Origin: Bacteroidota bacterium | GTDB taxonomy: Bacteria; Bacteroidota; Bacteroidia; CAILMK01 | Direction: 5' to 3' | DNA length: 64,000 nt | NCBI GenBank assembly: GCA_036846145.1 | Contig: DAIUCM010000004.1 | Coordinates: forward strand, 1,846 to 65,845 | Shown here: positions 49,788 through 60,296 of the stretch, piece by piece | Numbering within the stretch: position 1 is the first letter of the stretch | Layout of the letters: each line of letters begins with the position of its first letter | The notes under the pieces: model-generated | Seen by the model: the letters and a program-made list of their open reading frames with translations, nothing else | Databases searched by the model: none | Told to the model about the DNA's origin: nothing | Made by a program: the position numbers and the translations under genes

Positions 49788-51083
49788 ATGAAAAAAAGCT
49801 ACATTGCAATTATTACACTGCTGTTGTTCTTCGGCTTAACTAACTGCAAGGACGATAAAAAAACATCCCGACAGGAATCCGATAATTCAACAACATCGGC
49901 GGCCGGTATGGGTGATGGCTTAATTAAAGTTGTAGCGCCCAATGGCGATACATTAGTAAAAGATGCTGATGGTGAAATAATAAGGACGATACTTAAAAAC
50001 GGGCAGGTAATTGAGGCACGGGAAACTGTTACTCCGTTTCAGCCCGAGATACCATATTACCTGAATGGCACGCTGGTTGATGGCGCCGGAGCCAATATTA
50101 TATTGGACAGGCTCAGCATTGGTAAAATGAAACCACTTTATACACAGTCTGTTAATAAAGAAGGATTGTTTGATTTTGAAGGTACCGTAAGTGAACCCCA
50201 GTTAATGCAATTCAGGCTGCCGGCAGGCAGTATTCATTTTGTGGTTAAGCCCGGCGATACCTTAAATTTCCAGATGCACCTGCAAAGTACTGAAAACTAC
50301 TCGGTTATAGGCAATGTGGAAAGCATGCAGCTGAAAGAAATGTACGAGATCCTTAATCGTGCCAATGAGAAAAAACATGCTTTTGATGAAAGGATAAAAG
50401 CGACCAATGACAAACAAATACTTAAACAGCTTTATATTTCCAAACCGGCGCATTACGCGGCAATTGATGAAATAAAATTCGCTGAGCTTAAAAAATTCAT
50501 CACAAAAATAGGCACCTCATTTACTGCATTGCTGGCGGCCATATATCTTAAGCCTGAAGCTAATATAGAATTTTTAGAGGAACTGGACAGAAAATTCGCC
50601 GGCCTTTATCCTACCAGTGAATACTACAAGGCGCTGCATGAAAAAGTATTGGTACATGCACCTATTGCGCTGGGTAAATTTGCACCGGAAATAATTTCAC
50701 AAACTACTGAAGGCGCAACTTTTAAGCTTTCCTCAACACGCGGAAAATATGTACTGGTAGATTTCTGGGCAAGCTGGTGCGGCCCATGCAGGCAGGAAAA
50801 TCCAAATGTTAAAAAGTTGTATGATAAATACAAGAACAAAGGATTTGAAATTGTAGGCGTTTCTTTCGATAAAGATCCTGTATTGTGGAAAAAAGCCATT
50901 GAAGAAGATAAGCTCAACTGGATTCATGTTTCAGACCTGCTTGAATTCCAATCAGCAGCAGCGCAAACATATATTATTACAGCAATACCAAGCACTTTTT
51001 TACTGGATAAGGAAGGAAGGATCATTGCTAAAAACCTTCGTGGCCGCGATCTGGAACGCAAACTGGCTGAAGTAATTAAGTAG
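49788..51083 (+). CDS. TlpA-like thiol-disulfide oxidoreductase lipoprotein with an N-terminal DUF4369-like region
   Basis: Lipobox LTNC and a WCGPC thioredoxin motif. Confidence 0.8.
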   Translation: MKKSYIAIITLLLFFGLTNCKDDKKTSRQESDNSTTSAAGMGDGLIKVVAPNGDTLVKDADGEIIRTILKNGQVIEARETVTPFQPEIPYYLNGTLVDGAGANIILDRLSIGKMKPLYTQSVNKEGLFDFEGTVSEPQLMQFRLPAGSIHFVVKPGDTLNFQMHLQSTENYSVIGNVESMQLKEMYEILNRANEKKHAFDERIKATNDKQILKQLYISKPAHYAAIDEIKFAELKKFITKIGTSFTALLAAIYLKPEANIEFLEELDRKFAGLYPTSEYYKALHEKVLVHAPIALGKFAPEIISQTTEGATFKLSSTRGKYVLVDFWASWCGPCRQENPNVKKLYDKYKNKGFEIVGVSFDKDPVLWKKAIEEDKLNWIHVSDLLEFQSAAAQTYIITAIPSTFLLDKEGRIIAKNLRGRDLERKLAEVIK

Positions 51084-51158
51084 CTGTTTGCGGTTGCGGT
51101 TTGCGGTATGCGTATTGGTTTTATTAATTATCAAATCAAAAATTAAATTCTATACTTT

Positions 51159-51187
51159 ACATATATAATATGTTCAAAAAATGCTTT
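51159..51187 (+). promoter_or_regulatory. Half-dyad motif upstream of the rluA-family gene, flanked by inverted gcggtttgcgg repeats
   Basis: CATATATA-N8-AAAAAATGCTTTG. Confidence 0.35.
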
Positions 51188-51248
51188 GAAATTATATTAT
51201 AACACATAATGCAACCCGAAAACCGTTAACCGCAAACCGCCAAAGCTA

Positions 51249-51971
51249 ATGAAATACCCGCGCATACAGGATATAATACTTTATGAAGATGAAAACATTA
51301 TTGCGCTGAATAAGCCTGCGCAGGTAACTACAGAAGCCGAGAATGCTCCGGATGCGCTGAGCCTCTCCGATATGGCAAAAAGATACAATGCCGATATACG
51401 CATTGTGCACCGACTGGACAGGGAAACATCGGGCGTAATTATTGGCGCCAAAAATGATGAATGGTACCGGTATTTTTCTATGGCATTTGAACGAAGGAAA
51501 GTACGTAAGGAATATCACGCACTGGTTGCAGGGGTTTGGAAGCTGGAAGATAAAGCCATTGAATTGCCGCTAAGTAAAAAAGGCTCATATAAAGCGGTGG
51601 TTGACCACAGGGAAGGTAAACGTGCCATAACCATTGTAAATACTGCCGAAAACTTTAAGGATTACACATTATTACGATGCGAACCAGTTACGGGCAGGTT
51701 TCACCAGATCCGTGTTCACCTGGCATCTATACGCTGCCCTATTATTGGCGATGCGCTGTATGGCGGAAAACCTTTCTTCCTCTCCGATGTAAAGCGTAAA
51801 TTTAAGAAAAACGATAAAGAAGATGAGCAGCCTGTAATGGGCAGAACCGCGCTGCATGCAGCTGCACTGCATTTTGAATATCCGGAAGGAACAGAAAAAT
51901 CGGTAGTTGCCCCATATCCCAAGGATCTTGAAATTAGTTTAAAGCTGTTGAGGAAGTTCAGCACAATGTAG
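51249..51971 (+). CDS. RluA-family pseudouridine synthase
   Basis: HRLDRETSGVII is the catalytic Asp motif. Confidence 0.85.
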   Translation: MKYPRIQDIILYEDENIIALNKPAQVTTEAENAPDALSLSDMAKRYNADIRIVHRLDRETSGVIIGAKNDEWYRYFSMAFERRKVRKEYHALVAGVWKLEDKAIELPLSKKGSYKAVVDHREGKRAITIVNTAENFKDYTLLRCEPVTGRFHQIRVHLASIRCPIIGDALYGGKPFFLSDVKRKFKKNDKEDEQPVMGRTALHAAALHFEYPEGTEKSVVAPYPKDLEISLKLLRKFSTM

Positions 51972-52053
51972 GTTGGATATAAATCGCTGATATCTAATAT
52001 TCTTATTTCTTATACTATTTCCGTTTATTGCAATTCTGTATTTCAGTCTTTAG

Positions 52054-52126
52054 GGCACCTCTAAAAACCTCAATCTCTGCGTTGTGCTTTTCTGCACGCC
52101 TTGATCTTAAGGTTTTTAGAGGCGCC
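52054..52126. repeat. A 16-bp inverted repeat with a 41-nt spacer
   Basis: ggcacctctaaaaacc and ggtttttagaggcgcc, with one mismatch. Confidence 0.55.
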
Positions 52127-52429
52127 ATTTATATTAAACCTGCTAAAAATACTTTGTAAGAAAAATTTTTATTTTTAAAAACCCTTCATCAACATTAATA
52201 TTTTTTAATATTAGTTTCAGTTTTCACCAGTATAAATCTTCTGCATATTATAGCCACCCAAGGGCCATTAATTTTTATGTAAAATATAAATGGTTATATC
52301 GCGGGCTATGGTGTTGTTTGCCTAAATACGTATTTATTAAAACACATTAAAGTATTTATTTCGGAATGTATATATGGCTGAATACTAAACCGGGCAATAC
52401 TGCGTTGAAGCCTTTAAAACCATAAGTCC

Positions 52430-53305
52430 ATGAAAGCAAAAGCCTTATATGCCATTGTGATAATTTTAACGATCAGCTTCGCCGGATTTACACCCGATAA
52501 GCAGCTGCACACAATAGAAAGCGCCCTGAAGGATGGGAACATAAGCTGTACGTATAAAGTTAACACGGAAAGCCCGCATTATGTAAGGCCCATACTGCTA
52601 ACTGTAAAGAACAGGAAAAACACCGCGCTCGCCGTTAAAATAGAGCCAGGCCAGCAATTTCACCCGGATGATGAAAATTACCAGAACCTTATTGTAACGC
52701 GTGAAAGCACTATTGCCTTGCGGCCAAATGAGCAAAAAACCGTAGAAGTTTACGCAATGTGCACCGAAGCCGGCGATAAGGCTCCAAGTGATGAAATTGC
52801 CTATAAATTAGCACCTTTGGCGCAGGGCAACCTTAAAAAAACAGCTGAATATATTTCTAAATCGGGCAGTTTTAATATTACCGGCCAGCAAGCCATGTGG
52901 GCTGTAAGCAGTAACCGCGATATTGAAGAAATAATGGGCCCGGACACAGCTGAAACCCGCAGCCTGCAACGCTTTATCGCAAAATTAACCGGCAAGAAAA
53001 TTCCGGTCCAGAATTCGGCGGCAAACTATGCAACAAATTATTACGCGCCACCAAAACCGGAAGTGAGCTATTATGGCAATTTTGGTATGAAAATTAGCAA
53101 ACCTGCAGCGTTAACTATCGCATTGTTTAACGAAAACAATGTTGTGCAGCGTGAGCTATATGCAAACCCGGCCGTACCCAAAGGCGATCATACTTTTAAA
53201 TATGCTTTCGATAATTCGGTTTATACCGATGAATATTACACCATTAAAATTATTGTGGATGGCGACATAAAATTCAAGCGCAGGATTAAGATGAGTGTAG
53301 ATTAG
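52430..53305 (+). CDS. Secreted hypothetical protein
   Basis: A 291-aa ORF with an N-terminal signal or TM segment. Confidence 0.55.
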   Translation: MKAKALYAIVIILTISFAGFTPDKQLHTIESALKDGNISCTYKVNTESPHYVRPILLTVKNRKNTALAVKIEPGQQFHPDDENYQNLIVTRESTIALRPNEQKTVEVYAMCTEAGDKAPSDEIAYKLAPLAQGNLKKTAEYISKSGSFNITGQQAMWAVSSNRDIEEIMGPDTAETRSLQRFIAKLTGKKIPVQNSAANYATNYYAPPKPEVSYYGNFGMKISKPAALTIALFNENNVVQRELYANPAVPKGDHTFKYAFDNSVYTDEYYTIKIIVDGDIKFKRRIKMSVD

Positions 53306-53428
53306 CTTCACAGTATTTTCCACATACAACCCAAACCAGAATTTATTTGAATGCCTGGGACTTATTAAATGCCAAACCATTGGTTACTTGTTAACGGATA
53401 AGAGATTGATGATAAGTGATTACTGAAT

Positions 53429-53463
53429 AAAAGCATTTTTGACGATAGATAGCTATATATAGG
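53429..53463 (+). promoter_or_regulatory. Half-dyad motif AAAAGCATTTTTG-N12-TATATATAGG, 90 nt upstream of ffh
   Basis: Recurrent motif family. Confidence 0.35.
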
Positions 53464-53552
53464 AAATGGCTTTGAATTTTGTATTGATAATTAATCATTG
53501 ATAATTGAGCATTGCGCCGTAATTTTGCAAGGATAGTAAAAGCTGTAATAAG

Positions 53553-54884
53553 ATGTTTGAAAATTTATCGGACAAGATTGAAGGTGCGTTTAAGAAGCTG
53601 AAAGGCGAAGGCCGCATTACCGAGATAAACATGGCGGAAACGCTGAAAGATATTCGCCGGGCGCTGGTTGATGCTGACGTTAACTATAAAATTGCCAAAA
53701 CTTTTACCGACGAAGTAAAGCAGAAAGCCATTGGCGCTGAGGTTATTAAGAGCGTAAATCCTGGCCAGCAGCTTGTTAAGATCATGAACGATGAACTTGT
53801 GCAGCTAATGGGCGGTACAAAATCTGACCTGAATCTCAGCGGAAGCCCAAGCATTATTCTTATGAGTGGTTTGCAGGGTTCGGGAAAAACTACTTTCTCT
53901 GCAAAACTGGCCAATTATTTAAAAGGTAAAGGCAAGAAACCAATGCTTGTTGCGGCAGACGTTTATAGGCCGGCGGCAATTAACCAGCTGAAGGTTTTAG
54001 GTGAGCAATTAGGCGTTGAAGTTTATAACGAGCCAGAAAATAAAAACCCGGTTTCTATCGCGCAAAACGCTATTGCACATGCCAAGCAGAGCGGGAAAAA
54101 TGTAGTAATTATAGATACTGCTGGCCGATTATCTGTAGATGAACAGATGATGAACGAAATCGCCGAGCTGAAAGCGCAAACCAAACCGCATGAGATCCTT
54201 TTCGTAGTGGATGCTATGACCGGCCAGGATGCTGTAAACACTGCTAAAGTATTTAACGATCGTCTTGATTTTAACGGTGTTGTATTGACTAAATTAGATG
54301 GTGATACACGCGGCGGTGCTGCATTATCAATTATGAGCGTGGTAAGCAAGCCGATAAAATTTGTTGGTGTCGGCGAGAAGATGGATGCGCTGGATGTTTT
54401 CTACCCGGATCGTATGGCGCAGCGTATTCTGGGTATGGGCGATATCGTTTCCTTCGTAGAGAAAGCACAAGCTGCTATTGATGAGCAGGAAGCAGAGCGT
54501 TTGCAGAAAAAACTCCGCAAAAGCCAGTTCGATTTCGAAGATTTTCTTGGCCAGCTGAAGCAGATAAAGAAAATGGGTAACGTGAAGGATTTGATGGCCA
54601 TGATTCCCGGCGTTGGAAAAGCTGTGAAAGATATGGAATTTGATGAATCGGCCTTCAAACACACCGAAGCCATTATCTTAAGCATGACGCCAAGAGAACG
54701 TAAAAATCCTGATATTTTAGATGCCAAACGTAAGCAGCGAATTGCAAATGGCAGCGGCACAACTATTCAGCAGGTAAACCAGCTAATTACGCAGTTATTC
54801 GAAATGCGTAAAATGATGAAATTGATGAATAAAATGCAAATGAGCGGCCGTGGCATGAAAGGAATGCCCTTTATGAAAAAGTAA
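53553..54884 (+). CDS. ffh: Signal recognition particle protein Ffh
   Basis: GLQGSGKTT, DTAGR and a methionine-rich M domain. Confidence 0.95.
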   Translation: MFENLSDKIEGAFKKLKGEGRITEINMAETLKDIRRALVDADVNYKIAKTFTDEVKQKAIGAEVIKSVNPGQQLVKIMNDELVQLMGGTKSDLNLSGSPSIILMSGLQGSGKTTFSAKLANYLKGKGKKPMLVAADVYRPAAINQLKVLGEQLGVEVYNEPENKNPVSIAQNAIAHAKQSGKNVVIIDTAGRLSVDEQMMNEIAELKAQTKPHEILFVVDAMTGQDAVNTAKVFNDRLDFNGVVLTKLDGDTRGGAALSIMSVVSKPIKFVGVGEKMDALDVFYPDRMAQRILGMGDIVSFVEKAQAAIDEQEAERLQKKLRKSQFDFEDFLGQLKQIKKMGNVKDLMAMIPGVGKAVKDMEFDESAFKHTEAIILSMTPRERKNPDILDAKRKQRIANGSGTTIQQVNQLITQLFEMRKMMKLMNKMQMSGRGMKGMPFMKK

Positions 54885-54910
54885 AGCATTTTCTGCAATA
54901 AACATATATG

Positions 54911-54940
54911 GAATGCCCTTTTTACAGGGCATTTTTTATT
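54911..54940 (+). terminator. ffh terminator, immediately preceded by a half-dyad motif that includes the TAA stop
   Basis: The stem aatgccct / agggcatt is followed by T6. Confidence 0.7.
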
Positions 54941-55010
54941 TCCATTTAAGTAAGCGGTAAATATCCCATCATTTACATCCATTCTTTATATTTGCTGCTT
55001 TAATTAAGAT

Positions 55011-55643
55011 ATGAAAAACAGATTAATATTAATTTCATTCGCGCTTTTTGCAGCCGTTTTTATGTTCAGCTGTAAAAGCCAAAAGGAAACAGCGGTTTCT
55101 GCCAATGATGTTAAAGAAGATGGCCTTTACGCAGAGATAACCACAAACAAAGGTATTATACTGCTGAAGCTGGAGCATGAAAAAACGCCTTTAACAGTTG
55201 CAAATTTCGCAGGCCTGGCTGAAGGTAAAATAAAAAACACCGCAAAGGAAGAAGGTAAGCCTTATTATGACGGGATCAAATTTCACCGCGTTATACCTAA
55301 TTTCATGATCCAGGGCGGCGATCCGCAAGGCTCTGGCATGGGCGGGCCTGGCTACTCTTTCCGCGATGAGTTTGTGGCGGATCTGAAGCACAGCGGACCG
55401 GGAATATTATCAATGGCCAATGCCGGCCCCGGAACCAACGGCAGCCAGTTCTTCATCACGCATAAAGAAACGCCATGGCTGGATGGTAAGCACACTGTTT
55501 TTGGGCATGTTGTTAAAGGTCAGGATGTTGTAAATGCCATTGTACAGGGTGATGTAATGCAAAGCGTTAAAATAATTCGCAAAGGCAGGGCATTAAAAAA
55601 GTACGATCCGGCTAAGATCTTTAACGAGAAAAAAAGCCAATAA
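55011..55643 (+). CDS. Cyclophilin-type peptidyl-prolyl cis-trans isomerase lipoprotein
   Basis: [14 protein letters not shown] and lipobox FSCK. Confidence 0.9.
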   Translation: MKNRLILISFALFAAVFMFSCKSQKETAVSANDVKEDGLYAEITTNKGIILLKLEHEKTPLTVANFAGLAEGKIKNTAKEEGKPYYDGIKFHRVIPNFMIQGGDPQGSGMGGPGYSFRDEFVADLKHSGPGILSMANAGPGTNGSQFFITHKETPWLDGKHTVFGHVVKGQDVVNAIVQGDVMQSVKIIRKGRALKKYDPAKIFNEKKSQ

Positions 55644-55830
55644 TTACATTTAATAACGTGAGCTCTGGCATTAATTGTTTTATTTTCAGCAATTTAATTC
55701 CAGTATTACATATATCCCTTAGTCGAAAAATGCCCCGAGGTATCGGGATATATTACTTTAAACCTTGATTTGAATTGGACGCACAAATTCAGTACATGGG
55801 TTTGTTCTGCGAAGTTTTAAACTTCGCATA

Positions 55831-55864
55831 TTTTAACTGGTAGTTTGCAAACTACCAGTTAAAA
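55831..55864. promoter_or_regulatory. A 34-bp perfect palindrome, candidate operator or protein-binding site
   Basis: ttttaactggtagtttgcaaactaccagttaaaa. The adjacent gcgaagttttaaacttcgc is a near-palindrome. Confidence 0.5.
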
Positions 55865-55974
55865 TAATCTTAGCAAAAATGCTATGATTAGCAGTAATAC
55901 TATCTGATTAATTCCCAAGTTCACATCTTAATAGCAAAACAAAGCATTTTTTGCACTCCCTATATATGGGCGTT

Positions 55975-56041
55975 TAACATAATACGAGAAAACCGCATTT
56001 GCAAAGCTGCAAGTGCGGTTTTCTCGTATTATGTTATTTTC
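55975..56041 (+). terminator. Hairpin with a 22-bp perfect stem followed by a T-rich tract
   Basis: aacataatacgagaaaaccgca / tgcggttttctcgtattatgtt with a 17-nt loop, then attttc. Confidence 0.5.
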
Positions 56042-56067
56042 AAAAATTATAAAATATAGAATAAACA

Positions 56068-56170
56068 GTGCGCATTTGAAAGTGTTTTTGAGCCACAGGC
56101 CACGGAGCTTCGAAACAATACTCCTTGGTTTCGTGGCACACAAACCTGCATTATTTACGCATATTTCATT
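56068..56170. repeat. Roughly 100-nt dispersed repeat, candidate sRNA, copy B
   Basis: See 6941-7045. Confidence 0.6.
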
Positions 56171-56181
56171 TTATATTGGTA

Positions 56182-57711
56182 TTAAATCAGAGGTTTACCT
56201 GTCATTTCTGCAGGCTGTTCAATACCCATAAGCTGTAAAATAGTTGGCGCTACATCTGCTAATCTGCCTTCGTTTAAGTGTACTGATTCTCCACCGTTTA
56301 ATAAAACACAAGGTACAAGGTTGGTAGTGTGCGCGGTATTTGGCGTTCCATCGGCATTTACCATAAAATCGGCATTACCATGGTCGGCAATAATCAGTAC
56401 GGCATAATCATTCTCAAGGCAGGCGTTTACAACCTTCTCTGTACATTTATCAATGGTTTCCAGGGCTTTAACAACAGCATCAAAAACGCCCGTGTGGCCA
56501 ACCATGTCCGGGTTCGCAAAATTCAGTACAATTAAATCGTTCGCTTTGCTATTAATTTCATTTACAACAGCTTCTGTAATTTCATTGGCGCTCATTTCCG
56601 GCTGCAGATCATAAGTGGGCACTTTCGGCGATGGAACCATAATTCTTTTTTCGCCATGGAATTCGGTTTCCCGCCCGCCGGAAAAGAAAAAGGTTACGTG
56701 CGGATATTTTTCAGTTTCTGCAATGCGTAGCTGCGTTTTGCCGGCTGCTTCTACCACTTCGCCAAGCGTTTTTTGCAGATTCTGTTCTTCAAAAAGTATT
56801 TTTACATCTTTATACGTCTGGTCGTATTGCGTCATGGTAATGTAATGCAGTTTTAAGGCACGCATACCAAACTCGGGGAAATCCTGCTGGCACAGGGCCT
56901 GTGTTAGCTGCCGGCCTCTGTCCGTACGGAAGTTGAAGAACAACACAACATCGCCATCTCCAATTGTAGCAAGCGGTTTATCATCATCATCCGTTATAAC
57001 TACAGGTTTTATAAACTCATCGGTAATATTGTTTTCGTACGAATTTCTGATCGCTTCCTGCGGGCTCTTATATTTTTCACCTGCGCCATGTACCAGTAAA
57101 TCATAAGCCAGTTTTACACGTTCCCAGCGTTTATCGCGGTCCATTGCATAATAACGGCCAATTACAGATGCAATTTTACCAGTGGTTTGCGTCAAAGCAT
57201 TTTCCAGCTGGCTTATATATGTAATCCCGCTTTTCGGATCCGTATCGCGGCCATCTGTAAACGCATGTATATAAAGGTTTTGTACATTTTTCCGCTTGGC
57301 AATAGCGCAAAGTTCCTTCACATGTTCCAGGCTGGCATGCACGCCGCCATCGCTAACCAGGCCAAGTAAATGTATTTTTTTATTGTTTGCAGAAGCGTAT
57401 TCAAACGCCTCGTTTAAAACAGGATGCGTATCCAGAATATTATCTTCAAAAGCCTTATTGATCAGCGCGAGCTGCTGGTAAACAACTCTTCCGGCGCCAA
57501 TATTCAAATGCCCGACTTCGGAGTTTCCCATCTGGCCTTTTGGCAAGCCAACATTTTCGCCGCTGGTTTTTAAAGTAGTATGCGGATATTTATTGAAAAG
57601 GCCTTTTATGAATGGCACATTTGCACGAGCAATAGCATTAACCTGCGGGTTTTCTTCGCCAATTCCCCAGCCATCTAAAATCAATAAAGCAACCTGTTTA
57701 TTTTTTTTCAT
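56182..57711 (-). CDS. gpmI: 2,3-bisphosphoglycerate-independent phosphoglycerate mutase
   Basis: A 509-aa ORF starting MKKNKQVALLILDGWGIG. Confidence 0.95.
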   Translation of the reverse strand: MKKNKQVALLILDGWGIGEENPQVNAIARANVPFIKGLFNKYPHTTLKTSGENVGLPKGQMGNSEVGHLNIGAGRVVYQQLALINKAFEDNILDTHPVLNEAFEYASANNKKIHLLGLVSDGGVHASLEHVKELCAIAKRKNVQNLYIHAFTDGRDTDPKSGITYISQLENALTQTTGKIASVIGRYYAMDRDKRWERVKLAYDLLVHGAGEKYKSPQEAIRNSYENNITDEFIKPVVITDDDDKPLATIGDGDVVLFFNFRTDRGRQLTQALCQQDFPEFGMRALKLHYITMTQYDQTYKDVKILFEEQNLQKTLGEVVEAAGKTQLRIAETEKYPHVTFFFSGGRETEFHGEKRIMVPSPKVPTYDLQPEMSANEITEAVVNEINSKANDLIVLNFANPDMVGHTGVFDAVVKALETIDKCTEKVVNACLENDYAVLIIADHGNADFMVNADGTPNTAHTTNLVPCVLLNGGESVHLNEGRLADVAPTILQLMGIEQPAEMTGKPLI

Positions 57712-57834
57712 ATTGCAAAGATAATTATTTGAGCCGCAAACATATTTTTGCTTTTAGGTTTAAAATTGTAAATTGGCTTGCGTAAAGCACGTGGCATAGT
57801 TTTAGCTCCGCTTTTCTGCAAACTAAAGAGAGAA

Positions 57835-58227
57835 ATGAAAGACCTGAGAAAAATTGGTGTGTTGATTTTTGCCTTCTGCATATTTTCCATTGCAGCAAAG
57901 GCAGATATTTTTGATGAGGTGGCGATGGCGATACGATCAGGAAACGCAAATGCGGTAAGTAAATATTTTGCATCGAGCATTGAGCTAAAAACACTCGATA
58001 AATCGAGCGTTTACAGTAAAAACCAGGCTGAGCTTGTACTCAAAGAGTTTTTTAACAGCCATGGCCCGAGGAATTTCAGCATTATTCACCGTGGCTCATC
58101 GGCAAAAGGCGCGCGTTACGCCATTGGCAGCATGGAGGCCGGGCAAGGCAGTTTCCGCGTATATTTATATATTACCGAGGCCGGCGGACAACTTTTGATA
58201 CAGGAACTGAGTTTTGAAAAAGAATAA
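57835..58227 (+). CDS. DUF4783-like secreted protein
   Basis: About 130 aa with a signal peptide, sitting upstream of nadC. Confidence 0.4.
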   Translation: MKDLRKIGVLIFAFCIFSIAAKADIFDEVAMAIRSGNANAVSKYFASSIELKTLDKSSVYSKNQAELVLKEFFNSHGPRNFSIIHRGSSAKGARYAIGSMEAGQGSFRVYLYITEAGGQLLIQELSFEKE

Positions 58228-58261
58228 TTACATATAATAGTTATAGAAAAATACCTTTACA

Positions 58262-59128
58262 TTGATAGCGCAAAAACTGGCAAACCTGCAACCCGAGTTA
58301 GATAATTTTATTAAAAACGCACTGCATGAAGATGTACGCGACGGCGACCATTCATCATTGGCCTGCATACTGCCTGATGCGCGCAGTAAAGCACGCCTTT
58401 TTATAAAGGACAATGGTATTTTGGCAGGCATGGATTTAGCCGAATATATTTTTGCGCACATTGCACCAGCAACCGTATTTACACGCTTTTTGAATGATGG
58501 CGATGCCATAAAAAAGGGCGATATTGCTTTTGAGGTTGAAGGCGAAATACAAAATATATTGATGCTGGAAAGGCTGGTGCTGAACTGTATGCAGCGCATG
58601 AGCGGAATTGCCACGCAAACGCATGAAATGGCATCTAAAATTGCCGACCTGCCTACAAAACTGCTCGATACACGCAAAACTACGCCTGGCATAAGATTCC
58701 TGGAGAAATGGGCGGTACGGATTGGCGGCGGCGTAAACCACAGGTTTGGATTATTTGATATGATCATGCTGAAGGACAACCATGTAGATGGCGCCGGCGG
58801 CATTGAAAAAGCTATAGAAGCAACAAAAAAATATCTTTCCGAAAAAAGCCTCGACCTTAAAATTGAGGTTGAAACCCGTAATTTAGAAGAAGTTGAGCAG
58901 GTTTTACAAGCTGGTGGCGTAGATCGTATTATGCTGGATAATTTTGATATTCCTACTCTGAAACAGGCAGTAGAATTAATTGGCGAAAACTATGAAACAG
59001 AAGCCAGCGGCGGAATAACCATAGATACTCTGCGTGATTATGCTTTAACCGGCGTGGATTTTATTTCTTCCAGCGCTATGACGCACTCTGTCCGCAGCCT
59101 CGACCTCAGCCTGAAACTGGTGAAGTAA
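58262..59128 (+). CDS. nadC: Nicotinate-nucleotide pyrophosphorylase (quinolinate phosphoribosyltransferase)
   Basis: A 288-aa ORF with the conserved core LLDTRKTTPG...MLDNF. Confidence 0.9.
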   Translation: MIAQKLANLQPELDNFIKNALHEDVRDGDHSSLACILPDARSKARLFIKDNGILAGMDLAEYIFAHIAPATVFTRFLNDGDAIKKGDIAFEVEGEIQNILMLERLVLNCMQRMSGIATQTHEMASKIADLPTKLLDTRKTTPGIRFLEKWAVRIGGGVNHRFGLFDMIMLKDNHVDGAGGIEKAIEATKKYLSEKSLDLKIEVETRNLEEVEQVLQAGGVDRIMLDNFDIPTLKQAVELIGENYETEASGGITIDTLRDYALTGVDFISSSAMTHSVRSLDLSLKLVK

Positions 59129-59221
59129 AAAATCTTAGCAGGTAAACTTCTCTGAGAGAAAGTACCTTGATGAAGTAATCGCAAAGTATTTTTTTGACCA
59201 ACGCTATATGCGGGCCAGCAA

Positions 59222-60154
59222 TTACGCCAGCGCCTGCATTAATTTTTCATAGAGTTTAATGGTAGTTTCAAGGTCGGACTTTAAAATTTTTTCCCTTGCC
59301 GAATGCATATTATCGCAAGGAACGCCAACAAAGCACCAGTCGATTGAGTACGGCACTTTCTGAATTTCATTCCCGTCTGAGCCGCCGCAATCTTCAACCT
59401 CTATCTGGAAAGGCATATTATTTTCCTGCGCAACTTTAATAATGTCAAGCACAAAATCTCTGCGGGGAATTGCCGCGTCACGTAAAGAGATCACCGTTCC
59501 ATCACCCATTATAATGCCTTCACTTATCCAGGTAATATCCGATATCAACGCCTTTTTCACGCCGAATTCATCATGTACAAACCTTGCCATATGCGCAGCC
59601 GATCCGCCCTGGTGCTCTTCCCAGCAGGTAAAAACGAGCATACCATTTTCCAGTGTTTCAGCTACTTTTAAAGCATTGTAAATTCCAATCCGGTTATCCA
59701 GGTAGCAGGAATAAATATGGTCATTATCTTCAGTATAATTATATTTATAAACCAGCTCAGTTCCCCTGTGCCATATTTTCGCTGATTCATAGCTCCAGGC
59801 AGCATCGCCATGCTCATCTTCTTCTTTTTTCAGGATCACTTCGGCTTCATTCCCGGTTAAAAATTCCTTTCCAACCAAAACATCGCCATTTTCACCGGCC
59901 GGGCTGCCAATCTCAATTAAAGTATTATTGTATTTGGCCATATATGCAACGGTATCCATATGCGCGAAAATTGCGGTACGCGGTACGCCGAAACTCACCG
60001 CCAGGCAATTCTGAAACTCCTGGCCATAATGAAGCGCAGGCTTTACTTTGAACAAATTCTCATTCTTAACTATATAATTAATAAGAAAATCGCGCATGGG
60101 CAACTCGTTACCCGATGGCGATTGTATTTGTAAAAGATCCTTTAAAAGCTGCAT
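59222..60154 (-). CDS. M42-family peptidase-like protein
   Basis: IFAHMDTV, DNRIG and EEHQGGSAAH are M42-like metal-ligand motifs. I take the start at the internal ATG. Confidence 0.5.
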   Translation of the reverse strand: MQLLKDLLQIQSPSGNELPMRDFLINYIVKNENLFKVKPALHYGQEFQNCLAVSFGVPRTAIFAHMDTVAYMAKYNNTLIEIGSPAGENGDVLVGKEFLTGNEAEVILKKEEDEHGDAAWSYESAKIWHRGTELVYKYNYTEDNDHIYSCYLDNRIGIYNALKVAETLENGMLVFTCWEEHQGGSAAHMARFVHDEFGVKKALISDITWISEGIIMGDGTVISLRDAAIPRRDFVLDIIKVAQENNMPFQIEVEDCGGSDGNEIQKVPYSIDWCFVGVPCDNMHSAREKILKSDLETTIKLYEKLMQALA

Positions 60155-60296
60155 AAACGGTTTTGAAGCGGTAAAAATACAATGCACTAAACATTAATAA
60201 AAAATTAGTGTTGATATATTTGGATTACACTGCAATTTTTATTATATTTGTGGATTACTATTCGCCAAAGTAGTAGCCAAAACCAACAAATACTGT

